A DNA stretch of 40,194 bases from an uncultured Candidatus Saccharibacteria bacterium (GCA_964515615.1 CAZEVI010000001.1:17535-57728), one strand, 5' to 3'; positions 26,803-34,658 are shown, numbered from the stretch's first letter. The notes: generated by a model not told the origin, from the sequence alone. Numbers and translations are program-made.

Positions 26803-27951
26803 TTAGCTTTTCTCGATGATTCGCAATTCCTTCTCGACAATCGCCTGCCATCGATACTGTTCTATCACATTTTCACTCTTTGCCACAAATTTTGCTTGCA
26901 GAGATTTCGATTCCAAGATTTTAATTGTCTCTTTGGCAAATTGGTTTGGGTTAGCAATTTTCGCTTCAACGACAGCGCCGGCAAAAACTTCTCTGTAAAC
27001 TGGCAAATTCCAGGCGACAACCGGAAGACCGCAAGCAAAAGCTTCGGCGATAACAATGCCAAAACCTTCTTCATGACTGGGAAAAACAAAAAGATTGGAT
27101 TCTTTTAATATTTTGTAAGCTTTGTCGTTCGGCAAAAATCCGAGAATTTCAGCATTTTTCGAAAGGCCGAGCTTGGTGAACTGATTCTTTAATTTTAATT
27201 TGACTTCGTCGCTACCGCCACCGATAATTTTTAATTTTGCCGTTGGAATTTTTTTGACAACTTTGGCCCAAATTTCCGGCAAGTCAAAAATCCCCTTCGA
27301 CGGCATCAATCTTGCCAGAAAACAGGCTTGATACCTTTTTTTCGCCGCTTTAATTTTTCGAAAATATTCCAAATCAATTCCACAAGGGTTAATGACAATT
27401 TTATCCTTCGGAATTTGATATTTGGAAATTAGATTGTCTCGGACTTGATAATTGACATTGATAATTTTGTCGGCTTTTTTGATTCTGGCCAGTGAAAAAT
27501 CCTGAATCTTCGAACCGACAATGTTTCGAATTTTACTGCCCGGCCGAACTCGCCAATTTGGGTAAATATGGAAAACGCAAGCGATCCATTTGGTTTTAGG
27601 ATTGTCGGATTTATACTGATAGGCGGGTAAAACATCCGGGAAAAAATCTGATGATGAATAAATGTAGTCATAGTGATGATTTTTCAACTTTTTTATCAAC
27701 CAATTCGACCTCCGCCGATAGCGGAGAAAAATATTGCCTTTTTCAAATTCTTTCGGCGAAATGTAAAAAGTCGCCGATTTTATCTCTTCGGCAATAATTT
27801 TTTTACCATCGGCTGATGTGTAAATATCAATTTGGAAATTCTTGCCGATTCGCTTAAAAATTTGCATCAACCGCTGATCACCGCCGGAAATTCCGGCGCC
27901 GGCATTCCAAAAAGAATTTACCAACAAGGCAATTTTTGCATTCTTATTCAT
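26803..27951 (-). CDS. GT4 glycosyltransferase
   Basis: 382 aa. VFPSHEEGFGIVIAEAFACGLPVVAWNLPVYREVF. Confidence 0.85.
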   Translation of the reverse strand: MNKNAKIALLVNSFWNAGAGISGGDQRLMQIFKRIGKNFQIDIYTSADGKKIIAEEIKSATFYISPKEFEKGNIFLRYRRRSNWLIKKLKNHHYDYIYSSSDFFPDVLPAYQYKSDNPKTKWIACVFHIYPNWRVRPGSKIRNIVGSKIQDFSLARIKKADKIINVNYQVRDNLISKYQIPKDKIVINPCGIDLEYFRKIKAAKKRYQACFLARLMPSKGIFDLPEIWAKVVKKIPTAKLKIIGGGSDEVKLKLKNQFTKLGLSKNAEILGFLPNDKAYKILKESNLFVFPSHEEGFGIVIAEAFACGLPVVAWNLPVYREVFAGAVVEAKIANPNQFAKETIKILESKSLQAKFVAKSENVIEQYRWQAIVEKELRIIEKS

Positions 27952-27957
27952 AAATAA

Positions 27958-28584
27958 TTATTTTTCAGCTTTAACAAAAAGATATTGAGCAAGCGATTTA
28001 AACAAAGGTCTATTAACTCCACGATTGACCCCCCCTCGAAGTCCAAACCAAAACGGCTCCAGTTCGATGTTGTAAAATTTCGAAATTTTAAGAATTTGGC
28101 GCAACTCCTCACCGAGATATTCTCTTAAATGAATTACCTCGCCCAATCTGCCGCCTGTGGATAAAACATAGGGATATTTTACCGGCTTGCCAACCAACCT
28201 CATTAGAACATTCGACAGGCGATTTCTGTTTGGAGTCGCTAAATAAACCGCTCCATTCTTTTTAAGAACTCTGTAGATTTCGTTGACAAATAAGAGGTCA
28301 TCTTCAACGTGTTCGATGACATCAAAACTGACAACAAGGTCAAAAAAATTGTCCTTAAACGGAAGTTTTTTGCCGGGATATTTTTTAAATTTAAACTTAT
28401 CTGAAAAACGTTTTTGCCTAAAATCATTTATATCGACTCCGTAAATAGTATTGTTGTCATGAGCAAAATAAGCCGTGTAATTTCCATTCCCACACCCGAC
28501 ATCGAGAATTTTCTTTCCTTGGAAATTTGCGGCAAACAATTTAATTTTATTTTCATAGGCAATCATACACTTATCTTTTTTCAT
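27958..28584 (-). CDS. Class I SAM-dependent methyltransferase
   Basis: KILDVGCGNGNYT, FDLVVSFDVIEHVEDD. ATG 28584 forms an ATGA overlap with the upstream stop. Confidence 0.8.
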   Translation of the reverse strand: MKKDKCMIAYENKIKLFAANFQGKKILDVGCGNGNYTAYFAHDNNTIYGVDINDFRQKRFSDKFKFKKYPGKKLPFKDNFFDLVVSFDVIEHVEDDLLFVNEIYRVLKKNGAVYLATPNRNRLSNVLMRLVGKPVKYPYVLSTGGRLGEVIHLREYLGEELRQILKISKFYNIELEPFWFGLRGGVNRGVNRPLFKSLAQYLFVKAEK

Positions 28585-29594
28585 GATTGTTTCCATCCTG
28601 TTCTATTTAATTCTTTGGCACCGAAAAGTGTTTGGCCGATCTTCCCCCAACCGTAAACCCAAAGCGTTAGCCAACAGGCCAGTGGATGAAAAAACCAAGC
28701 GCGATCCGGTTTTTTAATATAGCCGATTGATGCCTCAACAAATGTCGGCAACCAAAGCACCGAAAAAATTACGAATTTGATGAAACCGGCCTTGTTCAAT
28801 TTATTCCAAGGATATTTTCTTGCACCGATTTTATTGTAATATCCGAAATCTTTAATTCGTCGTTTTTGCTTGTGAATAAAGGTTGAGACGCTGCCGGAAA
28901 AAACATGGATGATGCCAATTTTGACTTTGGCAAATTTATTTTTTCCTCCTGATATCAGCTCGTGAATCTCGTCAATATCGAATAAATAATCCCCAACCTG
29001 TTTCTCAATCAACTTTCGCCGAATCATTGTGCCGTTTGCGCCGATTGTCGGCACTTTGTACTTTTCCAAAGTCAATTTTAGGTAGCGGCCACAATCTTCT
29101 TCTTTAACCGGCAAGCCGGTCCAGCGACCGGTCAGATAATTTTTTCGATCATAATTGCCCAGATACATACAGATTGGGTCGTTCATTCCAATCAGCGCGC
29201 AGTATCGAGTAATATAGCCATCTTTTCTGCGATAGGTATATTCAATCGGCTCAGAGCCGATAATCTGGCTGTCAGTAAATGGTTCGGTCATTCGATTAAG
29301 CCAATTCTTGTCCGGTAGATAATTGTCGGAGTCGATTAAACAGATAATCTCAAATTTGGCGGCTTTCAGTCCGGCAGCTTTTCCGGCCTCACCGGTTTTT
29401 AATTTATTTTCGACAATTTTACAACCATATTTCTTGGCAATCTCTCTGGTTTTGTCGGTCGAACCGCCATCGGCAATGATGATTTCGTATTTTGATTTCG
29501 GATAATTTTGATTTCGGATTCGTCGCAAACACTCGCCAAGCGGTTTGGCGGCGTTTAGGGTTGGGATGATAATTGAAATTGTTGGTTGATTCAA
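28581..29594 (-). CDS. GT2 glycosyltransferase
   Basis: 337 aa. ISIIIPTLNAAKPL...YEIIIADGGSTDKT...LIDSDN. It has a TTG start, and no in-frame ATG lies upstream before a TAA. Confidence 0.8.
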   Translation of the reverse strand: MNQPTISIIIPTLNAAKPLGECLRRIRNQNYPKSKYEIIIADGGSTDKTREIAKKYGCKIVENKLKTGEAGKAAGLKAAKFEIICLIDSDNYLPDKNWLNRMTEPFTDSQIIGSEPIEYTYRRKDGYITRYCALIGMNDPICMYLGNYDRKNYLTGRWTGLPVKEEDCGRYLKLTLEKYKVPTIGANGTMIRRKLIEKQVGDYLFDIDEIHELISGGKNKFAKVKIGIIHVFSGSVSTFIHKQKRRIKDFGYYNKIGARKYPWNKLNKAGFIKFVIFSVLWLPTFVEASIGYIKKPDRAWFFHPLACWLTLWVYGWGKIGQTLFGAKELNRTGWKQS

Positions 29595-29711
29595 AATGTT
29601 CAGTTTTAAGTTTTAAGAAGCTGCAATCCTTAGACCGCGAGTCTTAAACGAAATGATTTGCTCACGACTTCTACTGGCACCGGTGTTTAATCCGTGTGAT
29701 TATCCGTGTGG

Positions 29712-31274
29712 TTACTTTTTTGCCGAAAAATCCGCCAAATGGCCAAACAGCTTGCCAGCGGCTCGAAAAAGAAATTTAATATCGTCAAAACTGCGAATTC
29801 CGACTATTCGTCGCCAAATGTAGCGTGGCGTTACAAACGACTTGTACAACCCTTGTGTCAACTCTTTAATATCTTTTTCCGTTAGTGGCGATTTCATAAT
29901 AATTGTCCGCTGATCATATTTGTCCCAATCTTCGGTCGAAAGCCAGCCATTTTTTTGGCACTCGGTAAAAAGCGGCGTTCCCGGATAAGGAATTACGATC
30001 GTCGCTTGCAGCGTATCGACGTAGCCTTTATCAAATAATTTTTTTGACAAAGCAATCGTCCGCTTGGCATCTTCCAAACTCTCCCACGGATAACCCATCA
30101 TCGTTGTAATATGCGGATCAAGACCGCCTTTTTTGGCCATAGCAACACCCTTTTCAATCTCTTCAACTTTGAGATTTTTATTGATGCGGTCGAGAGTTTC
30201 TTGATTGGCTGATTCCAACCCGTAGAGAATAAAGCGAAAACCGGCTTTGCCCATTAAATTATATTCTTCTTGATTTAGCGATTTTAATCGCATATTGCAA
30301 TCAAGTCGAATCTTCTTATTATATCCGCGTTCAACCATTCCCTCGCAGAATTCCTTTAGCCACTTTCCAATCGGAAAAGAACCGGAGTCGTCCATAATTT
30401 CTTTAACATGATACTTTTCAATTAGCATCCCAATTTCATCAAGCACTCGCTTAACCGAATGTTTACGATAATCTTTGCCCGGATATAGTGTCGTCCAACT
30501 GCAAAATGTGCATTTTCCCCACCAGCAATCACGTGCGGCAAAAGTGTAAGTTCCCGGCGTCCGTTTGTAATTGCCATTTTTGAAAGCGTAGAGTTTCCAT
30601 TTTGTCAGGTCGCGGTCAATAATCGGCAAATCATCGAGGTCGTGATTTAATTGAAAATGCCCGGTGTTTTTGATTGGTTGATTCGAGATTTGTGATTTTG
30701 AATTTGTTTGTCTCTTGTCTCTTGTGTCTTGTGTCTTGTACCAAATCCCCGGCTCGAGCTGGACTTTATGATTATATGAATTGGCAATGTTTAGAACCAA
30801 AAAATCCCAATCGCCGCCAGTAGCAACAACATCAACTTGAGAATTTTCAAATGATTCCTCCGGCATTGCCGTTACATGATCGCCGACCAAAACAATTTTA
30901 GTCTCCGGCATCTCCTCTTTAATAACATCTATAACTTTCCAGTGGCGCTTAACAACCGGTGTTTTGGTTTCAAAAACAATCAAGTTCGGTTTGAATTTCA
31001 AAATCTTCTCCAACCATTCGTCTTGCGAAAGCTCCTCAGCAATTCCGTCATCCCAAATAACATCGTATCCTTGCGATTTCAAAAGTGTTGCCGCATAAGC
31101 CGGCACGATTGGATAAATGTAGGTCGGACTTTTGAACCACTGAAACTGGCGATTTTGACCGAGGCACGGCGTTCCTTTTTCGCTCGGCATCGGCGGATAA
31201 GAAATCGCCACTTTATATTTTTTATTTTTCTCCCGCTGTTCCTTAGTCGGTTGCTGAATATGCTTAATCTCCAT
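29712..31274 (-). CDS. B12-binding-domain radical SAM enzyme (class B type)
   Basis: 520 aa. An N-terminal Rossmann-like B12 domain (KIVLVGDHVTAMPEE), a cysteine cluster ARDCWWGKCTFCSW, then a radical-SAM TIM-barrel region. GGAG lies 6 nt upstream of the ATG. Confidence 0.8.
   Translation of the reverse strand: MEIKHIQQPTKEQREKNKKYKVAISYPPMPSEKGTPCLGQNRQFQWFKSPTYIYPIVPAYAATLLKSQGYDVIWDDGIAEELSQDEWLEKILKFKPNLIVFETKTPVVKRHWKVIDVIKEEMPETKIVLVGDHVTAMPEESFENSQVDVVATGGDWDFLVLNIANSYNHKVQLEPGIWYKTQDTRDKRQTNSKSQISNQPIKNTGHFQLNHDLDDLPIIDRDLTKWKLYAFKNGNYKRTPGTYTFAARDCWWGKCTFCSWTTLYPGKDYRKHSVKRVLDEIGMLIEKYHVKEIMDDSGSFPIGKWLKEFCEGMVERGYNKKIRLDCNMRLKSLNQEEYNLMGKAGFRFILYGLESANQETLDRINKNLKVEEIEKGVAMAKKGGLDPHITTMMGYPWESLEDAKRTIALSKKLFDKGYVDTLQATIVIPYPGTPLFTECQKNGWLSTEDWDKYDQRTIIMKSPLTEKDIKELTQGLYKSFVTPRYIWRRIVGIRSFDDIKFLFRAAGKLFGHLADFSAKK
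30711..30738. repeat. Imperfect heptanucleotide tandem repeat inside the radical SAM gene (tctcttg x2, tgtcttg x2)
   Basis: Four consecutive 7-nt units read directly. They encode the hydrophilic linker KTQDTRDKRQT between the B12 and radical SAM domains. Confidence 0.8.
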
Positions 31275-31291
31275 ATTATTCTCCGCTGGCT

Positions 31292-31300
31292 AAATTACCA
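31292..31300 (-). promoter_or_regulatory. Candidate extended -10 promoter (TGgTAATTT) for the long minus-strand operon
   Basis: The minus strand reads TGGTAATTT and ends 17 nt upstream of ATG 31274. The -35 is weak. Confidence 0.3.
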
Positions 31301-31319
31301 ATTATTTTATAAGTTAATG

Positions 31320-31349
31320 TTGACAGATGTGACTATTTTGTGCTAAATA
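31320..31349 (+). promoter_or_regulatory. Candidate sigma70 promoter for the plus-strand gene
   Basis: TTGACA (31320-31325), an 18-nt spacer ending in tgtgc, then TAAATA (31344-31349). A 6-bp hairpin gcctac-aaaaaa-gtaggc (31357-31374) follows at the predicted 5' end of the transcript. Confidence 0.4.
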
Positions 31350-31428
31350 TAACAATGCCTACAAAAAAGTAGGCGACGAAATAATGTTAACATATTCGCC
31401 CCGCAAGGGCAAGGAGGAGGTTGATCCC

Positions 31429-32214
31429 GTGCCTCGCACAGGGTCGGTTTGTCGAATTGGAATTTCAATTGGATCAATGATTCCTTATTCGCTAATTTCT
31501 GTTCGTATGATTGCCCGTTGGGCAAAAGATGCCGGATATTCTTTTCTCCAAGCTTTGCCGCTTCGAGGAATGACTGGTAAAGAAATTTTGGCATTGCCGG
31601 TTTTTTACAAGGAGCATGCTTGGAATCCGGTTTGGTCGCTTTCTCAGGCGTTGAAACACGAGCCGGGCGGCGAAGGTATGCCGTCTTACATCAATGATTG
31701 GATTGCTTCGCCAAATCCAGATCGTTGTCAGCAAATTTTTGATAATTTGCCCGGCCGAGAAATTACCCATCATTTCGAGAATGCTTCCGGAAGGTTAGTT
31801 GAACTTTGTCCGGAGCTTCAAATGACTCCAATGGAAATTGCCGAGAAATGTCGCCGAGAAGGATTCGGGTTGGTTCTGGATACCGAACATCTTTCTCGCG
31901 GTTTTCGCGAAAACGATACTGATAATTTCGGTAAACAAGCCCTCTTGATTCATGAGATAATGATTAACGAAGCAATTGACATTTTAGCACCGTTCATTCA
32001 AATTGTTCACCTCAAAGACTCTACTCCGGATTTGCAAGACATGAATTTTGTCAGAGAGCTTTTGTCGGTTGATATTCGGCCGGAAATTGACTTTGTTGCC
32101 GAATTCAAACCGAAGCTCCAAACTCCAAAATATATTTGTGACTTCATGAAAAGATTTATTTCAAAACTGGCTAATCAGATAACCAAATCCGGCCACACAA
32201 TTAAATACTCCTAG
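31429..32214 (+). CDS. Hypothetical protein; weak resemblance to xylose-isomerase-like TIM-barrel sugar-phosphate isomerase/epimerase family
   Basis: The track ORF is 31384-32214. GTG 31429 lies 8 nt after AAGGAGGAGG and is the better start. The motifs LVLDTEHL, IQIVHLKD and EIDFVAEF resemble the metal-ligand strands of the AP_endonuc_2 TIM-barrel family. Confidence 0.55.
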   Translation: MPRTGSVCRIGISIGSMIPYSLISVRMIARWAKDAGYSFLQALPLRGMTGKEILALPVFYKEHAWNPVWSLSQALKHEPGGEGMPSYINDWIASPNPDRCQQIFDNLPGREITHHFENASGRLVELCPELQMTPMEIAEKCRREGFGLVLDTEHLSRGFRENDTDNFGKQALLIHEIMINEAIDILAPFIQIVHLKDSTPDLQDMNFVRELLSVDIRPEIDFVAEFKPKLQTPKYICDFMKRFISKLANQITKSGHTIKYS

Positions 32215-32234
32215 AATTTTTTCCATTTTCCCTC

Positions 32235-32258
32235 CCCGCCCCTCCGGCGGGATTTTTT
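32235..32258 (+). terminator. Rho-independent terminator of the plus-strand gene
   Basis: CCCGCC-cctcc-GGCGGG, then a, then TTTTTT, ~20 nt after the TAG stop. Confidence 0.65.
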
Positions 32259-32419
32259 ATTTCAATACTCTATAACAAACTAAAGTTTGTGCTCCACAAA
32301 AGATGCAAAAAACGCTAGACATCAATCGAACAATATCTACCTCTCCAACTTTCTAATTCTTTTGTAATTTTGTACTTTTGTAAAATTTGTAATTTTGCTG
32401 GGGGAATTTCGTTAGTACT

Positions 32420-33415
32420 TTATCTCTCCAATTTTCGAACCAAGAGTCCTTGAACAAAACGGATACCGTACCAAACATGAGTTAGAAAGATCATTGGAAT
32501 TGTTATCAGCCCAACGAGAATGTTGCGCCATCGCAACGAAATTATAACGGCGTCGATAATTAGTCCCAGAACGTAAATAATAAGCGGAATCAAAATCAAA
32601 ATTTGTAATTTTGTATTTTCGTGTATTATTTGTAATTTGGCTAGGGAAACTGTAAGCAATATTAAATAAATATCAAACAAAGTTGGCACAAAATAGCCGA
32701 ATTTACGCGAGGTCTCCGGATAGATTTTGACAAAATGTCCGCGATGTAAGGCGTAATTTCCAATCTGTTTAAAATGCTTCAAAAGATCGCTTCGACGATG
32801 ATGGTGAACAATACCGGCGGGATTGTAAAGAATTTTATAGCCGGCATTCAGAATGTCAAGGCAAAGTTTGGTGTCTTCTCCCGGCCAATAAGCACAGTTA
32901 AAACCTCCGACCTGTGCAAAAATGTCGCGCCAAATTAAAAGATTCACCGTTGGCCAATCGAGAGTTTCTGAGATTTCCCCGATCGGCAAATATCGATTGC
33001 GAGTAAAGTTGCCTCCGACAAAAGATTCAAAGATCGCTCCGGAAACTTTTTGCAAAACGCCATCGTTTTCTGGCGTAATCGCCGGTCCGCCAACTCCGGC
33101 AACTTCTGACGTCTGAAAAAGTGGCACCATTTTTTTTAGCCAATTTTTTTCCGGATAAGCGTCGTCATCCAAGAAGGCCAAAATCTTTCCTTTGGCATAT
33201 TTCAGTGCCAAGTCGCGCTTCTCGGCCGGTCCAACTTTACCGGAAGCAATGATGCGAGTTTTCAGCCACGAATGAATTTTATCGGGTTCGTCGGGAAAAA
33301 TTAAGATCTCAAAATCGGGATAATCGAGCATCAAAATATGATCCATTGATTCGTGGATGTAATCGTTAATCCGTTCAACCGGAATTATAATTGAAACTTT
33401 AGGCGTTTTTTTCAT
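32420..33415 (-). CDS. GT2 glycosyltransferase with C-terminal TM segments
   Basis: 331 aa. VSIIIPVERINDY, FLDDDAYPE, WPGEDTKLCLD, HHHRR, then two or three hydrophobic helices. Confidence 0.85.
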   Translation of the reverse strand: MKKTPKVSIIIPVERINDYIHESMDHILMLDYPDFEILIFPDEPDKIHSWLKTRIIASGKVGPAEKRDLALKYAKGKILAFLDDDAYPEKNWLKKMVPLFQTSEVAGVGGPAITPENDGVLQKVSGAIFESFVGGNFTRNRYLPIGEISETLDWPTVNLLIWRDIFAQVGGFNCAYWPGEDTKLCLDILNAGYKILYNPAGIVHHHRRSDLLKHFKQIGNYALHRGHFVKIYPETSRKFGYFVPTLFDIYLILLTVSLAKLQIIHENTKLQILILIPLIIYVLGLIIDAVIISLRWRNILVGLITIPMIFLTHVWYGIRFVQGLLVRKLER

Positions 33416-33423
33416 CTAGCGCG

Positions 33424-33432
33424 AATATACCA
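33424..33432 (-). promoter_or_regulatory. Candidate extended -10 promoter (TGgTATATT) only 8 nt upstream of the GT2 ATG; implies a leaderless or near-leaderless mRNA
   Basis: The minus strand reads gTGgTATATTcgcgctagATG. There is no Shine-Dalgarno at normal spacing. It lies directly downstream of the 33443-33473 terminator. Confidence 0.35.
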
Positions 33433-33442
33433 CAAACCTTCC

Positions 33443-33473
33443 AAAAATAAAAGCCCGCGACCAAAATCGCGGG
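33443..33473 (-). terminator. Rho-independent terminator after the GHMP kinase gene
   Basis: The minus strand reads CCCGCGA-ttttgg-TCGCGGG followed by cTTTTATTTTT: a perfect 7-bp stem, 8 nt after the TAA stop. Confidence 0.6.
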
Positions 33474-33480
33474 ATGCTAA

Positions 33481-34440
33481 TTATAAACGATAAATTGTGA
33501 AATTGCCGCGTTTGGCAACCTCGGTTTTTAGCTTTTGATACGACTGATCGCCATTTAACAACAATACTACAACCGCCCCACCGGAACCGGTAAAATTGAA
33601 TTGACAATGCGCGGCATTGCAGGCTTCAAATAACGCCATATTAATCGGACCCAAAACATCTTGACCGTAAATTTCAATTCTCATTAAAGACGTCTTGTTC
33701 ATCAATATTCCAAGAGCGGACCAATCACCAGCTTCCAAACAATTCCGCGCCGAGTAAGCGTACTCACCGAGCTGATGGAACCTTATTGCCAAACTCCTAT
33801 CACCGGCAATCAAACGGTCGACAATCGGTTTGTGAACTCCGCCGCTGTAAGACGGCTCGGAAGACAAAACCAGTGCCAGCTGTGGTAATTGTGTTTCCAA
33901 AACTTTAAATTGACAACTTCCGTCGCGAATTGTTCGAGGAAATTCCATAAAAACCGCTGTGGTTTTTGGATTATCAATCGCCGCCGCCTGCAAAACCCGA
34001 TCTTGTAGCCCGGCCTCCGTACCACCATCAGTTTCAATTTTCCAAGCGACAATCGCCTTTTCCATCGTATCAAAACATTTATCTGCACCGTGAATCGTCA
34101 GCAACGCCTCAATAAGAGAAAGAATCATCCCCGATGAACCGGACGTTCCGCGCTGTCGGGGGATGTTTGTTGTCAAATGAATCTCCATTGGGATTTCAAG
34201 CATTTTTTTCCCGCTAGAGCGAAGCATGTCATCAACAACGACCAATGTCCGTTCAATAATTATCTCCCATGAACCCGGCTCCCGAAGCCGAATATGATCG
34301 ACACATTCGCCAAGAGTCGAATACCTGGGTGTCGGAGCCATCCAACTGAAATGTTCGGCCGGTGCAATTGTCGCAGTTGCTACCAAAGATTTAATCGGAA
34401 TTGACAAAACGGCGCCATCGGCAAAAATTGTGATATCCAA
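33481..34440 (-). CDS. Glucuronokinase-like GHMP sugar-1-kinase, main body lacking its N-terminal motif (see the 34442-34570 fragment)
   Basis: 319 aa from TTG. TNIPRQRGTSGSSGMILSLIEALL, EAGLQDRVLQAA, SYSGGVHKPIV and FNFTGSGGAVVV closely parallel the plant glucuronokinase motifs as I recall them: TNIPRQTGLSGSS, AGLQDRVAQ, SGKVH and FTGSGGAVVV. Confidence 0.8.
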   Translation of the reverse strand: MDITIFADGAVLSIPIKSLVATATIAPAEHFSWMAPTPRYSTLGECVDHIRLREPGSWEIIIERTLVVVDDMLRSSGKKMLEIPMEIHLTTNIPRQRGTSGSSGMILSLIEALLTIHGADKCFDTMEKAIVAWKIETDGGTEAGLQDRVLQAAAIDNPKTTAVFMEFPRTIRDGSCQFKVLETQLPQLALVLSSEPSYSGGVHKPIVDRLIAGDRSLAIRFHQLGEYAYSARNCLEAGDWSALGILMNKTSLMRIEIYGQDVLGPINMALFEACNAAHCQFNFTGSGGAVVVLLLNGDQSYQKLKTEVAKRGNFTIYRL

Positions 34441-34441
34441 G

Positions 34442-34570
34442 TTATTTTTTTTTTGCTCTTGCTTCGGCCTGCCTCAACAGATCAGACGGATTCCCAACCA
34501 ATGATGCTCTGGCGAATGCCGTCTTCTGCACGGGACGACAAAGCCGTCCGTCAAAAACATATTTTGACAT
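34442..34570 (-). CDS. 42-codon ORF encoding the missing N-terminal motif of the glucuronokinase-like kinase (split by a frameshift at or near an A10 tract)
   Basis: It translates as MSKYVFDGRLCRPVQKTAFARASLVGNPSDLLRQAEARAKKK. FARxxxxGNPSD is the N-terminal GHMP motif 1 of glucuronokinases. GGGGAG lies 8 nt upstream of the ATG. The TAA stop is 1 nt before the TTG of the main ORF. The tract of 10 A spans 34445-34454. Confidence 0.55.
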   Translation of the reverse strand: MSKYVFDGRLCRPVQKTAFARASLVGNPSDLLRQAEARAKKK

Positions 34571-34658
34571 AGCGATCGCTCCCCTGAATCTATGATTTTT
34601 GCCTGCTAATTGAGAGTACTAAAAAATAACTGTCATTGCAAGTAGATCGAAACGCAAA

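Noticed and set aside
29595-29711. Small direct repeats in the 117-nt gap (gttttaag x2; atccgtgtg x2), considered as regulatory sites or an internal promoter
   Set aside because: The repeats are only 8-9 nt with no convincing -35/-10 pair or hairpin nearby. That is not enough to call a feature.
31343-31773. Minus-strand ORFs 31343-31594 (83 aa) and 31492-31773 (93 aa)
   Set aside because: They are antisense to the 262-276-aa plus-strand ORF, which has its own promoter, strong SD and terminator.
32351-32400. Phased TTGTAA-type repeats, considered as a possible CRISPR remnant, small RNA gene or binding-site array
   Set aside because: The units are too short and degenerate for CRISPR, and there is no stable stem or tRNA-like structure. 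They could be simple AT-rich low complexity. I kept them only as a minor note inside the plus-strand-island finding.
33416-33607. 63-aa minus-strand ORF spanning the kinase 3' end and the intergenic hairpin
   Set aside because: It overlaps the GHMP kinase coding region in another frame and runs through the terminator stem. It has no RBS.
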